A stretch of DNA of 64,000 nt, from assembly GCA_021740625.1 (NCBI GenBank), contig JAIOZK010000004.1, positions 100,316 through 164,315 on the forward strand, written 5' to 3'. Position 1 is the first letter of the stretch; every line of letters starts with the position of its first letter. The position numbers and the translations under genes are program-made. A model generated the notes under the pieces. The model ran no database searches. It worked only from the letters and a program-made list of their open reading frames with translations, and was not told the origin of the DNA. The DNA comes from Bacteroidales bacterium (lineage in GTDB: Bacteria > Bacteroidota > Bacteroidia > Bacteroidales > JAIOZK01). This document shows positions 26,164 to 36,279 of this stretch, piece by piece.

Positions 26164-27732
26164 TCACTCAATAGCCAGCGAATCCGGCACCTCTTTCTTA
26201 AGTCCTTTCAAGTGGTAAACAAAAACATACTTCACTACCTCACCGCCTCTTTCAATGGCAATGGTATCAGCTGGTATGATCTCCGTGAAATAATCATGAT
26301 ACAGATCTTCGGGATCTTTGAAGTCCCTGCTGGAGGTCAGGAAATAAGCATCCATGCCCTGCCGGAAACCACCCCGGATCCTGTTGATCCAGGCATATTT
26401 GTGAATACGTTCCAGTTCGCCAATGGCCAGCATGCGGATCTTCAAAGGCCGGGCAACATAATAATCCAGGTTGGCTGCAGGGAACCACCTGAAAGAGATC
26501 ATCACGGCATTTGAATCCATGCGGCCTTCTTTTAGATCGCTTTCATAGATCGGTTCAAATTTTTTCCTGAGTTGATCCCAGCCATACATATCCAAGGTCA
26601 CGTCATCTTTGCCCAGTTCAATGTCTTCGCTTACTTTTGGAGGCAAAAACCAGCCACCTTTGATTTGGGCTGTTCCGACAAACAAAATAATCAACAATAA
26701 ATACAAAGGAAGCTGCAAGGGCCAGGGGAATAGGCTCCCCTTCTTTTCCAGACGGGAGGCAAAATAGGTGGCAGCAATGATGATCAGTCCCAGATAGCCG
26801 GGGCCTGTCCAGTGGGGGAGGGTTCTACGAAAAAGAGCAAAAACAAGGAAAAGCAGGATGAGCGGCAGGCTGTTCCACAGTAAAAATCTTTTGTATTTGG
26901 ATGGGATGAAATTGCGTCCGGCTATCAAAGCCACCAGGGCAATCATGATTAAAACAAAGTTGATGGGATTGTTATATAGGATCTGTCCACCCAGTTCCTG
27001 GAAGAAATAATCTGGCTTTATACCCGATTCACTCATATTAACACGCTCGCTCTGGAAACTAAAACTGATGAAATCATTTTGAAAGTTCCAAACGATCACA
27101 GGAATAAAAATGAACAGTGAAATGAGCATAGATATATAAAGCTCTTTGGTTTTCAGCCAGCGGCGGTTGTATAGCAAAATGAATGCGATGGTTCCAAACC
27201 ACAGGAAAACCGTGGTATATTTGCTGAGCATGCCCAGCCCCAAGGTGAGCCCGGCCAGGAGGAGGTTGGTCTTTGTAAAACGGTTGGCCACTTTATAGGT
27301 AACCGAAGTGGTGAGAAAATAAAGACTCAGCAGCCAGAAAAGCAATTGCGGGGTGTCGGGCAAAATGAAGGTCCCTGCAATGATAAAACAATAAATAGAA
27401 GCCGTGAACAGAACCGCAGCATAAAAACCTGCCAGGGAATTCTTTATACGCGTGGTGATCACATAGATAAGCCAGGTATTCATGGCTCCGAACAATATGG
27501 AAGCCAGCCGCAAAAAGAATTCATTTTCAAAAATGAGGTTGAGGGTAAATGCCTGTATGATAAAACCCACCATGGGTGGATGGTCGAAATGGCTCAGGTC
27601 GGGGTAGAGGGCATAGGTCCAGTAATATACCTCATCGTTTCCCAGCTCCAGAAAGCCTGCCAGGAAAGCCCTGACCAGCGTGGAAATCAGGATCAGGTAA
27701 AAAAGGTTTACGTATATCTTTTTTTCATCCAA
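26164..27732 (-). CDS. ArnT/PMT-like membrane glycosyltransferase (GT39/GT83-like)
   Basis: 522-aa polytopic protein with N-terminal ELGNDEVYYW and DHPPMVGF motifs. Confidence 0.8.
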   Translation of the reverse strand: MDEKKIYVNLFYLILISTLVRAFLAGFLELGNDEVYYWTYALYPDLSHFDHPPMVGFIIQAFTLNLIFENEFFLRLASILFGAMNTWLIYVITTRIKNSLAGFYAAVLFTASIYCFIIAGTFILPDTPQLLFWLLSLYFLTTSVTYKVANRFTKTNLLLAGLTLGLGMLSKYTTVFLWFGTIAFILLYNRRWLKTKELYISMLISLFIFIPVIVWNFQNDFISFSFQSERVNMSESGIKPDYFFQELGGQILYNNPINFVLIMIALVALIAGRNFIPSKYKRFLLWNSLPLILLFLVFALFRRTLPHWTGPGYLGLIIIAATYFASRLEKKGSLFPWPLQLPLYLLLIILFVGTAQIKGGWFLPPKVSEDIELGKDDVTLDMYGWDQLRKKFEPIYESDLKEGRMDSNAVMISFRWFPAANLDYYVARPLKIRMLAIGELERIHKYAWINRIRGGFRQGMDAYFLTSSRDFKDPEDLYHDYFTEIIPADTIAIERGGEVVKYVFVYHLKGLKKEVPDSLAIE

Positions 27733-27764
27733 TATGAAAGTCCTTTTTTATATTCAGGATAAAA

Positions 27765-28964
27765 CTAAGCTTTTTTCAAGGATTTCCAGCCCCATCGGAT
27801 CAAAAGAAATGCAAGGAAAAGGTAAATCATGATGGCAAACATCCTGTATATCCAGGTCTTGGTATAGTTTATTTTTGCCTTTACTTCACTTCCTGGTGTG
27901 TGCGTTTCGTATCTCACCACCGGGTTCAGGTAGAATACATTCATGTTGGGAAAATGGATTTCGGTCCTGATATAGGTATCTTCCGCTTGTATGATATAAG
28001 ATCCTATTTCCTGATCCATAACTTCTTTTTTGATCTCCCCCTCCTGTCCGATGAATTTGATGCGGCTGGCTTTCCTGTCGAGAGTGATTTTCAGGGTATC
28101 TCCGTATAGCCTGGCTTCCTCAAGCCGTCCAATGTTGTTGTGTTTTTCTTTCCTGGTTTCCCAGTCATCGCCCAGGTAACGAAAAACATTCACAGCATAG
28201 GTCCTGTTCCTGTCAATGGCGTCCACCACACTATCGCCATGCAGGCTGGCCGTATTGATGTAGGTACAATACTGTCCCACCTCATCCGGGTTGGTGATGT
28301 CGTGTACATCATCATTCCCGATGGCTGCTACATAATGACCACTGGAAAGGGCCGTATCCCAGTGATAGACAGACTCACAATAAAAATTCAGGATCTCCAT
28401 GGCATTATATCCACTGAGCTTTTTTAAGTCTGATGTTTCGTAACCGTTCCGCAGGCAAGGGTGTGCCAAAATGACTACATCCGCTTCTTTCCGGAGGGTG
28501 TTGATCACTTTCTGTTTTTGATTGGGCGTTTGCCAGAAAAAATAGTCCAGCCAGTTCACTTCATCCGCACCCAGCACGATCTGGTGGACTTTAAAAATAC
28601 TCCATCCATGTTCATAGATGGAGATGAATGTTGGTTTATTCTCATGATACAAATTGATCTGCATATAATCCGAAGTACCGATAATATCGTAGTCCAGGAA
28701 TTTATATGTGCTGTCGATCATTTCATTGGTGTTTTTCCTGCCATCTGTAATGCCGCCCCAGATACGCGATTGCACCTGGAAGTTCCCTTTTTGCCAGTGA
28801 GTGGGATTCAGATTCTGGTATGGGTTGTAAAGCTTCCCACCTGTAAAAGGTTCAGGTTCAGGAAAATCATACACAGGGTTAAACAAATAAGGGATCAGCA
28901 GCAGCATGATCACGATTGTAAACACCCATAAAAAGGCCTTAACAAGTATTCTGAAAAATTTCAT
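27765..28964 (-). CDS. Hypothetical protein with TM segments at both ends; possible PHP-type metal-dependent phosphoesterase-like core (weak)
   Basis: 399 aa. ADVVILAHPC...AAIGNDDVHD resembles PHP-domain motifs. It probably shares an operon with the glycosyltransferase. Confidence 0.6.
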   Translation of the reverse strand: MKFFRILVKAFLWVFTIVIMLLLIPYLFNPVYDFPEPEPFTGGKLYNPYQNLNPTHWQKGNFQVQSRIWGGITDGRKNTNEMIDSTYKFLDYDIIGTSDYMQINLYHENKPTFISIYEHGWSIFKVHQIVLGADEVNWLDYFFWQTPNQKQKVINTLRKEADVVILAHPCLRNGYETSDLKKLSGYNAMEILNFYCESVYHWDTALSSGHYVAAIGNDDVHDITNPDEVGQYCTYINTASLHGDSVVDAIDRNRTYAVNVFRYLGDDWETRKEKHNNIGRLEEARLYGDTLKITLDRKASRIKFIGQEGEIKKEVMDQEIGSYIIQAEDTYIRTEIHFPNMNVFYLNPVVRYETHTPGSEVKAKINYTKTWIYRMFAIMIYLFLAFLLIRWGWKSLKKA

Positions 28965-29109
28965 CCAATCAAATATTGAGGCAAAATTAGTATCTTTTTT
29001 GTAAGCCGGAATATATTATATTTCCCCTGGGACAAATCAAATGAGGATTCCTACTTGATACTCACCGCAGACTTGCCTGGGTTTAGGTCATTTCCTTCAA
29101 TGGAAGATC

Positions 29110-29143
29110 AAAAAAAAACGGCTGCTTATTCAAAAACAGCCGT
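29110..29143 (-). terminator. Intrinsic terminator ending the module B operon
   Basis: The minus strand reads ACGGCTG-loop-CAGCCGT followed by a T8 run. Confidence 0.7.
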
Positions 29144-29166
29144 ATTGCTTATTTGTTAGGTTTGTG

Positions 29167-29688
29167 TTATGAATTATTGATGATAATACCATCCTGGATT
29201 TTTAGCCATCCGAAAAATACCAGGATCAGGGCTATGAATGAAATAATTCCGGCAATAATACCACCTGCCAGGGGAACAAAACCGAAAATACTCTGAATAA
29301 TTGCCAGGATCATGGCAATGAGTAGCAGGGTTACCCCACTTTTTCCGCTTTCGCCGATGCTTTCGGAACTTTTCAGCTTTATCACACCTATCAATTGAAC
29401 GATGAAAGCAGCGATAAATACGATAGAAGCCACAATGCCAATCAGCGGGATCAGATCGAGGACGAGGCCAATGAGACCCAAGATAGCAGCTATGATCAGC
29501 ATCTTAACCGCAGCTTGTCCTTTTTCATCGATGCCCTTTTTGAGTTTACTCAGACCCATGAAAAACAGAATCAATCCGAAAATGGCTGTCAAGGTGGAAA
29601 TCCATCCGTTACCAATGCCATTGAACATTTGTAAGAGCGAACCCGATAAAATAAAGGTTACTGATGTAATTGTTTCTTTTTTTTCCAT
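29167..29688 (-). CDS. Small polytopic membrane protein, paralog of 19621-20142 (module B)
   Basis: 173 aa, same length as its paralog, with roughly 85 percent aa identity by eye. Confidence 0.85.
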   Translation of the reverse strand: MEKKETITSVTFILSGSLLQMFNGIGNGWISTLTAIFGLILFFMGLSKLKKGIDEKGQAAVKMLIIAAILGLIGLVLDLIPLIGIVASIVFIAAFIVQLIGVIKLKSSESIGESGKSGVTLLLIAMILAIIQSIFGFVPLAGGIIAGIISFIALILVFFGWLKIQDGIIINNS

Positions 29689-29716
29689 TGTAAATTTGGT
29701 TTAGGTTAATATTAAG

Positions 29717-30217
29717 TTATTTTGTCGATTTATCCACTTTGGTTGAACTGGGTTTGATTTGTTTTTTAGGCACAGGTGTTTTATTATGTGTTTTTACATT
29801 TTTAAACTGGGCAGTAAATTTATCCTTACTATATATCCTGACCAGTTTAAACTCGTTGATGTCGTCGGGAACGTCAAAAATAGCTTTGCAAGATACTTCC
29901 GCGTTTTTGGCTATTTTATTACTGCTTCGACCCACAAGCCTGCTCGACTTTTTGTGCCCCACTTCAATTTTTTTGGTTTTGTACTTTTTGCCGTTTTTCC
30001 CAATCAGATAGCTCTGATCGTTCAGCGGAATCTTTAGCTCAGCCGGTTCACCGGTATTTTTAACCTTGAAATGAACAATGACTTCTTTGCCATGTCGTTC
30101 AACTTTTGTTACCTTAACCTGGAAATTTTTATCATTGTCCGGTTTGTCTGCATTGGCAAATAAGGACAAACAAATCATTACAGCAAGTACACTGACTAAT
30201 AATGCATGTTTTTTCAT
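29717..30217 (-). CDS. Small beta-sandwich (DUF4352-like, tentative) protein with a K-rich tail, paralog of 19093-19593
   Basis: The likely start is MKKHALLVSV at 30217 (the ORF track extends to 30259). FQVKVTKVERHGKEVIVHFKVKNTG parallels the module A copy. Confidence 0.75.
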   Translation of the reverse strand: MKKHALLVSVLAVMICLSLFANADKPDNDKNFQVKVTKVERHGKEVIVHFKVKNTGEPAELKIPLNDQSYLIGKNGKKYKTKKIEVGHKKSSRLVGRSSNKIAKNAEVSCKAIFDVPDDINEFKLVRIYSKDKFTAQFKNVKTHNKTPVPKKQIKPSSTKVDKSTK

Positions 30218-30417
30218 AATACTGGTTTTAAAATTAATAAAATTAATATATATTGACACCCATAATATTTTTTTTCTCTGAATTTTTTACATTGCTTTCA
30301 TATCCAGACTTCCCCTTCAAAATTCCTACATTTGATTATTTATGTTTTTAAATGTCTCAGGATCAAAGCAATGGCAGGCTGAAAAAGAGATATATCCGTT
30401 TCAACCTGCCTGGATTA

Positions 30418-30828
30418 TTAAAATAACTTTTTGAACATCCATTTGCCGTTCACCTTTACCAGCTCCATTTCCGACTCTTCCTCACTATCGTCTTTATAGA
30501 CCGTTTTGATTTTCACGATTGCGGCATCACCAGCATCATCAATGTTTTCTTCAATTACACTGAATTTCTTGATGCCACCGGTTGCTTTTTTCTGGGCTTC
30601 AACACCCATTTTGAGCATTTCAGCATTCTTCTTTACTTTATCGGCTGAATAGTTTTCAGAGCCTTCGAAAAGCATGATCATACCTTCGTAATCACCTGAT
30701 TGGAAGGCATCATAATAAGCCTCAACAACTCCGGAAGGGGAGCTACTGCTGCTTCCGCCTCCACAGGCTGCAAAAAATAAGATTGTAACTGCTACAGTTA
30801 GTCCCAGTAAAATGTTTACTTTTTTCAT
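30418..30828 (-). CDS. DUF4878-like small lipoprotein, paralog of 16672-17082
   Basis: 136 aa with lipobox FFAACGGGS, YYDAFQSGDYEGM and VKVNGKWMF. Confidence 0.8.
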   Translation of the reverse strand: MKKVNILLGLTVAVTILFFAACGGGSSSSSPSGVVEAYYDAFQSGDYEGMIMLFEGSENYSADKVKKNAEMLKMGVEAQKKATGGIKKFSVIEENIDDAGDAAIVKIKTVYKDDSEEESEMELVKVNGKWMFKKLF

Positions 30829-30876
30829 AATGTTTTTGATTTGATTAAATTTTGATTTTGTTTGATTTTGCGATGA

Positions 30877-30884
30877 TAAATGTA
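30877..30884 (-). promoter_or_regulatory. -7-like box (TACATTTA on the minus strand) for the module B structural operon
   Basis: Near match to TAnnTTTG, about 20 nt downstream of the TTG in motif copy 3. Confidence 0.4.
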
Positions 30885-30898
30885 GGTCCGCAGGAAAG

Positions 30899-30938
30899 CC
30901 AAATCAAGTTTTCCACGTTCGGATTTATAAATCTGTAC
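30899..30938 (-). promoter_or_regulatory. Conserved promoter-proximal motif, copy 3
   Basis: The minus strand reads GTACAGATTTATAAATCCGAACGTGGAAAACTTGATTTGG and shares ATAAATCC..AC.T..AAAACTTGATTT with copy 1. Confidence 0.55.
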
Positions 30939-31003
30939 GACTTTAAGTATATTGAAAAACAGTTTGTTATGCCTTGTATTCAAGGCTGTAGTTGATTGAG
31001 GTA

Positions 31004-33022
31004 TTATTGCCTGTTGTCGGGGTTTTCTTGCAGAAATTTTATATAATAAGATGGTGTTAATCCTGTATATTTTTTAAAAGATGTATTAAATACTGACTTG
31101 CTTTTAAAACCTACTTCCTTTGCAAAACCTTCAATGCTGTAGTGTTGGTATTCCGGTAATCTCATTAGATTCTGTGCTTCCCTGATCCGCAATTCATTGA
31201 TAAAATTTGTAAAATTGGAGCCATGCATTTGATTGATGGCTTTTGACAAGTATGCCGAGTTGGTTTTAAGTTTTTTTGCCAGGATATCAAGACCGATCTC
31301 CGGGTTGAGAAATGTCTTTTCTTCAATCACGTATTTCTCCACTTTCTTTTGGATTTTTTGCCTGGTTTCTTGGTCCAGATCTGAGTGGTTATTTTTCCTG
31401 CGTCCCCCTTTGTTTTTATCGATTAGGACAAGGTTTTTCTCCATAAGCTTGTGATAGGCTTCCCGGGATTTTCGGTATTGATGTATAAAATAGATTGCCA
31501 GAAAGCTAACCAGAAAGATGCCCAGTCCGAATACCTGTGCATATTGTTGATTCTTTTTGATCTTTGCGTTTTTCAATTCCTCCTCTTTCTGGAGTATTTT
31601 GATCTTGTTTTCTATATTTTTCAATTCATATTTCAACTGATCCCTGGCATAACGCTTTCTCCTGGCTTCATTGTATACTGCCTCCCGTTCTGCAATGTAT
31701 TGTTTGTAATACCGCAGTTCTTCTTTATAATCACCTCTCCTCTTGTAAATCATCGACATATACCAGAGGAATCTGGATTTATAGGAGAAATTTTTTCTCA
31801 GATGGTGAAGTTTCATCGCCTCTCTGAGCATTTCTTCCGCAGCATCGAGTCTGTTGTCCTGTATCAATGTGTTGGAAAGTCCCAGGAAATACCTGATTCT
31901 GGGGATCTTGCTTTCCAGTTTTTGAGAAACGGTGTCCAATAAGCTAAAATAGTAATAGGCTGAGTCTCTGTTGCCATGCATGTTATGAAATGTTGCCATG
32001 TTTTTCAGTGAATGTGCCAGGTAGTTGGTTTGGCCGTTTCTCCTGCTGTATTCAATGGCCTGTAAAGTTATTTTATAGGATTCATCCAGCCTGTTTGTAT
32101 TCTCATAAAATCCGCTTAGAATAAACAAAGCATAAGCTTGTCCGTAAGGGTAATTGTGCCGCTTGAATATTTGATAGGCCTTTTTATAATAAGCTTCTGT
32201 TTTTTCTATTCCAAGGATACTCTTGCTTTCATAAGCCATGTTGATCAGATTAAGAGCCAGTTTCATGGAGTCACCAAGCCTGGCATATACTTCAATGGTC
32301 TTATGAATGTATTCAAGTGTTTGGGAGTTATTGGCATACATACTTAACAAGCGATAGTTAATTGCCAGGTTTTTATTGTCCTTTGTATTCTCAAATATCC
32401 TGAGCGAGCGGTTCAGTTCGTTTAATCCTTCCTCACGGAGTTCCAGTTTAAAATACTGCATTCCAAGAAACCTGTGCAAAATACCTGCAAATGCAGAATC
32501 CTTGCGCTGTTCTGCAAGCCTCAGAGAATGTTTTGTCCATTGGATAGCTTTCAGGATACTGTCGTGATCCTTTTCGCATATTTGTGCCAGGAAGTAAAAG
32601 GAAAAGCTTCTCGTGTTGAGGAGTGTATTGTTAAGGATCTTTTCATTATCCGTGTTGTTGATCACTTTATTGAAATAGTCTCTGGCCCGGTCCAGGGAAT
32701 CTTTTTCAAAATTCACTTTACCCAGTTGATATAAACTTAAAAGAATATCGAATGGATTTTCTTTACATTCTGCCCAGTCATTGGCCAGTTGAGCGAAACT
32801 ATCACTTTTGTTAAGATTGGAATCTAAGTAAAGATCAGAAAGTCCAATCAATGATCCGACTTTCAAATCATTCTCTGCAAGTTCGTTAAGCCTGATCAGG
32901 CTGTCCTCCATTTGCCCGAATGTGTACGTGTCTTGTGCCGAAAAAGGCCTTGCCTGGATGATCAAAACCAAAATCAAAATAACTGGCAAATACACTGAAC
33001 CGGTGAGGAATTCCTTATTCAT
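31004..33022 (-). CDS. Transmembrane TPR-AraC regulator (module B, regulator 2; paralog of 13626-15644)
   Basis: 672 aa, the same length as its paralog. It shares blocks (LSDLYLDS, YQLGK, DSAYYYFSLLDTVS) and has an AraC HTH C-terminus. Confidence 0.85.
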   Translation of the reverse strand: MNKEFLTGSVYLPVILILVLIIQARPFSAQDTYTFGQMEDSLIRLNELAENDLKVGSLIGLSDLYLDSNLNKSDSFAQLANDWAECKENPFDILLSLYQLGKVNFEKDSLDRARDYFNKVINNTDNEKILNNTLLNTRSFSFYFLAQICEKDHDSILKAIQWTKHSLRLAEQRKDSAFAGILHRFLGMQYFKLELREEGLNELNRSLRIFENTKDNKNLAINYRLLSMYANNSQTLEYIHKTIEVYARLGDSMKLALNLINMAYESKSILGIEKTEAYYKKAYQIFKRHNYPYGQAYALFILSGFYENTNRLDESYKITLQAIEYSRRNGQTNYLAHSLKNMATFHNMHGNRDSAYYYFSLLDTVSQKLESKIPRIRYFLGLSNTLIQDNRLDAAEEMLREAMKLHHLRKNFSYKSRFLWYMSMIYKRRGDYKEELRYYKQYIAEREAVYNEARRKRYARDQLKYELKNIENKIKILQKEEELKNAKIKKNQQYAQVFGLGIFLVSFLAIYFIHQYRKSREAYHKLMEKNLVLIDKNKGGRRKNNHSDLDQETRQKIQKKVEKYVIEEKTFLNPEIGLDILAKKLKTNSAYLSKAINQMHGSNFTNFINELRIREAQNLMRLPEYQHYSIEGFAKEVGFKSKSVFNTSFKKYTGLTPSYYIKFLQENPDNRQ

Positions 33023-35058
33023 TTTTTGTTTTTATTTGCTCTGATGTAATTCATGTAAAAGGATGGAGTAACTCCTGTATATTTTTTAAATGCGGGATTG
33101 AATACCGATTTTGACCTGAATCCCACTTGCATGGCAATTCCTTCGATGGACAAATATTGACCACTTTTCTCAGTCATCAGTTTTTGAGCTTCAAGGATCC
33201 GGTGTTCATTGATAAAAGCTGTAAAATTTGTATGATAAGTCTGGTTAATGACATGGGATAAATAACTGGAGTTTGTATTTAGTTTCTTAGCCAGCTTTTT
33301 GAGTGAAATATTCGGATCTAAAAATATTTTCTGATCATCGATGAGTTTATTCAGTCGGACTACGAGATTATTAATCTTTTGTCTGTCCGGACCATGTGAT
33401 TCCCTTGTTTTATTTTTCCGGGTGGTTTTTTTTGAATGCTCTTTGACAAGAGCCAGGTTTTTCTCCATCAATCTTGAATAAGCATGTTTTTTCCTATTGT
33501 GAACAACAAATATGGATAGGGTGAAAATGAGCAAAATAATGAAGCCTGATGCAGAAGACACTACAATGACCTGTTTTCTTCTCATCTCTATATTTTTTAA
33601 AATTTTATTTTTTTCCAGGATGTCCATTTCAGATTCTACTTTGTCGATGTCAAGATTCAGTTTCGTAACATTCAAAAGGATTTTATCATCCATAGTGCGC
33701 AGAGAATCATTGAATATCCGATATTGTTTGTAAAACCGGATGGCATCCTGATAATTTCCCAAGGAATCCTGGGCCTTGTATATATGATGACTCAGTTTAT
33801 GTAAATAAGGAACATCATTGATGGCAAGGCATGAATCGTAATACTGCTTAAAATATTTTACGGCCCGCTCGTACTCACCCTGTTCGAAAAAAAGTTTTCC
33901 TTTTTCCAGTGCAAAACCCACCTGCAAATTGAAAGGAATAGATGCAGACGCGGAAGAACCAGCGGTTTTTAGATACTGATGGGCCCTTTGATAGTCTTTT
34001 TTCAGGCGATAAAGTTTGGAAAGCTGGATCGCGTTGCTGCAGATAAAATTTTGCAAATGTCGGTTGCGAGAGATTTGCAAGGCATGTTCAAGATAATCTT
34101 TTGCTTTTTCAAAATTTTTCATCTCCAAATACAAGCTACCCAGCCTGGACAGTATGCAAACCTGCGCTTCGGTATTGTATGTTAATTTAGCAATTTCCAG
34201 GGCTTTATCAAAATTAGCTTTTGCTGAACTGAAGGATTTAATCCTGTTGTTTGCATACCCCAGTTTTATATACAGAGCGGTGAGCAGGTTGGCCTTGGTG
34301 AATGAATGATTGACATTGCAATTTACGTTTGTGAAATTCTGTTTGCCGGTTTCATCCAAAAGTGAGAACAGCTTGAAAAAAAATAAATTCTGGTTTGGTC
34401 CAAAATTATGCAGTTTGATGATAGACAATGATTTTTTATAAAACGCCAGGCCCTGATGATACAATCCCAGGTAGAAGTAAAGATTGCCCAACATCAGGTA
34501 AGAATGTGCCAGGTAAAGTTTTTCGTTGTTGCTTTTGAGGTAGAACAATGCATTTTGCACATTGAGAATGGCATTTTTAACTGAATCGGGCGAATTGTAG
34601 AAACACAGAAGGGTGTTTAAAAATTCAGCTTTTGCCTTTACAATTTTAAAATCTTCTGAAAGTGAGTCATTTCCTGGTGCCTCTTCAGGGTAGGAGATAA
34701 TATCTTTTAATACATCTCGGGCTGATTTGAGTGAATCCTGTAGTATCTTGATCCTGGCGATTTGAAGATTGCATTTCAGGATATTGTTAATATTATCCAG
34801 TTGAATTGCAATGTTCAGGGCACTTTTAGAGCATTCATATGCCTCAACCAGATTTTCTCCCTCAAGTGATTGTGAAATTTTGATAAGCAGGTCCGGCCTT
34901 AGTTTTTTGCTAACTTTATCCACGAAAAGTTCCAGGCTGTCCAACGAACCTGAGTATGTTTTACTGTTGGCAGATTTCCCATGATTAAAATTTGATGAAA
35001 ACATCATCAGGATGATGAAAACAAAAGTTCTGCTTGCAGATGGATATGGTCTGATCAA
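33019..35058 (-). CDS. Transmembrane TPR-AraC regulator (module B, regulator 1; paralog of 11623-13629)
   Basis: 679 aa from a TTG start, with a 4-nt overlap onto the downstream gene. It shares the QIARIKILQDS block and has an AraC HTH C-terminus. Confidence 0.8.
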   Translation of the reverse strand: MIRPYPSASRTFVFIILMMFSSNFNHGKSANSKTYSGSLDSLELFVDKVSKKLRPDLLIKISQSLEGENLVEAYECSKSALNIAIQLDNINNILKCNLQIARIKILQDSLKSARDVLKDIISYPEEAPGNDSLSEDFKIVKAKAEFLNTLLCFYNSPDSVKNAILNVQNALFYLKSNNEKLYLAHSYLMLGNLYFYLGLYHQGLAFYKKSLSIIKLHNFGPNQNLFFFKLFSLLDETGKQNFTNVNCNVNHSFTKANLLTALYIKLGYANNRIKSFSSAKANFDKALEIAKLTYNTEAQVCILSRLGSLYLEMKNFEKAKDYLEHALQISRNRHLQNFICSNAIQLSKLYRLKKDYQRAHQYLKTAGSSASASIPFNLQVGFALEKGKLFFEQGEYERAVKYFKQYYDSCLAINDVPYLHKLSHHIYKAQDSLGNYQDAIRFYKQYRIFNDSLRTMDDKILLNVTKLNLDIDKVESEMDILEKNKILKNIEMRRKQVIVVSSASGFIILLIFTLSIFVVHNRKKHAYSRLMEKNLALVKEHSKKTTRKNKTRESHGPDRQKINNLVVRLNKLIDDQKIFLDPNISLKKLAKKLNTNSSYLSHVINQTYHTNFTAFINEHRILEAQKLMTEKSGQYLSIEGIAMQVGFRSKSVFNPAFKKYTGVTPSFYMNYIRANKNKK

Positions 35059-35078
35059 TTTGGTTTATTTGGTATTTT

Positions 35079-35086
35079 CAAAGATA
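35079..35086 (-). promoter_or_regulatory. -7 box (TATCTTTG on the minus strand) for the module B regulator pair
   Basis: Exact TAnnTTTG match about 20 nt upstream of the TTG start at 35058. Confidence 0.4.
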
Positions 35087-35133
35087 AAAATAATAAGCGT
35101 ACATATATTGTAATGTCTTAAGTCAAATTTCAT

Positions 35134-35141
35134 TAATTTTG
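35134..35141 (+). promoter_or_regulatory. -7 box (TAATTTTG) upstream of fba
   Basis: TAnnTTTG match 33 nt upstream of the ATG at 35174. Confidence 0.45.
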
Positions 35142-35173
35142 CATATATTCAATCAACAAAAAATCAAAGGAAT

Positions 35174-36253
35174 ATGTCCGAGAAATTATTCAATATTGTA
35201 AAACCCGGTGTTGCAACGGGAGATGATGTTCAGAAAATTTTCAAACATGCCAGAGATCATCAGTATGCCCTGCCCGCAGTAAATGTGGTGGGAACTGATT
35301 CCATCAATGCCACACTGGAAGCTGCCCGTATGGTGAATTCACCTGTAATGATACAATTTTCCAATGGTGGTGCAACCTTTTACGCTGGAAAAGGATGCCC
35401 GAACGACGACAATCAGGCCGCCATTGCCGGTTCCATTTCAGGAGCATGGCATGTTCACCGCATGGCAGAGATTTATGGTGTACCGGTAATTTTGCATACC
35501 GACCACGCTGCCCGCAAATTACTACCCTGGATAGATGGTTTACTCCAGGCAGGGGAAAAGCATTTCAAAGAATTCGGCAAACCCCTTTATAGCTCCCACA
35601 TGCTGGATCTTTCAGAGGAACCCATAGAGGAGAATATTGCTACCTGCAAGGAATACCTGGAAAGAATGAGCAAGATTGGGATGACCCTTGAGATAGAGCT
35701 GGGTGTAACCGGTGGAGAAGAAGATGGTGTTGACAATACCGGTATCGACAGTTCGAAGCTTTATACCCAGCCTGAAGAAGTTGGTTATGCTTATGAAGAA
35801 CTCAGCAAGATCAGCAAAAAGTTTACGGTGGCGGCGGCTTTCGGCAATGTTCATGGTGTTTACAAACCCGGAAATGTAAAGCTTCAGCCGGTGATCCTGA
35901 AAAACTCACAGGAATATATTGAGGAGAAATACAATACTGCTCCCAAGCCGCTGAACTTCGTATTCCATGGTGGATCAGGATCGAGCCAGGCTGAGATCCG
36001 GGAAGCCATCTCCTATGGAGTTATCAAAATGAATATTGATACCGACACCCAGTGGGCTTTCTGGAAAGGAGTGAAAGAATACGAAGCAAAAAACCATGAT
36101 TATTTGCAAGAGCAGATCGGTAACCCGGAAGGGGAGGACAAACCCAACAAGAAATTTTATGACCCCCGCAAATGGTTGCGTGAAGGCGAAAAATCAATGG
36201 TTGAGCGATTGAAAACAGCTTTCGACGACTTGAACTGTATTGACAGGTGTTAA
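35174..36253 (+). CDS. fbaA: Class II fructose-bisphosphate aldolase
   Basis: 359 aa with typical class IIa FBA motifs (PVILHTDHA, HGGSGS). Confidence 0.95.
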   Translation: MSEKLFNIVKPGVATGDDVQKIFKHARDHQYALPAVNVVGTDSINATLEAARMVNSPVMIQFSNGGATFYAGKGCPNDDNQAAIAGSISGAWHVHRMAEIYGVPVILHTDHAARKLLPWIDGLLQAGEKHFKEFGKPLYSSHMLDLSEEPIEENIATCKEYLERMSKIGMTLEIELGVTGGEEDGVDNTGIDSSKLYTQPEEVGYAYEELSKISKKFTVAAAFGNVHGVYKPGNVKLQPVILKNSQEYIEEKYNTAPKPLNFVFHGGSGSSQAEIREAISYGVIKMNIDTDTQWAFWKGVKEYEAKNHDYLQEQIGNPEGEDKPNKKFYDPRKWLREGEKSMVERLKTAFDDLNCIDRC

Positions 36254-36279
36254 AAAAATCTCAGTACGGAGATTTTTTT
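36252..36279 (+). terminator. Bidirectional terminator between fba and the usp gene
   Basis: AAAAAAATCTC-AGTACG-GAGATTTTTTT. Confidence 0.7.

Noticed and set aside
26128-26514. 128-aa plus-strand ORF overlapping the 3' end of the glycosyltransferase and the ACTGC repeat
   Set aside because: It starts inside the low-complexity repeat and is antisense to a well-supported membrane glycosyltransferase.
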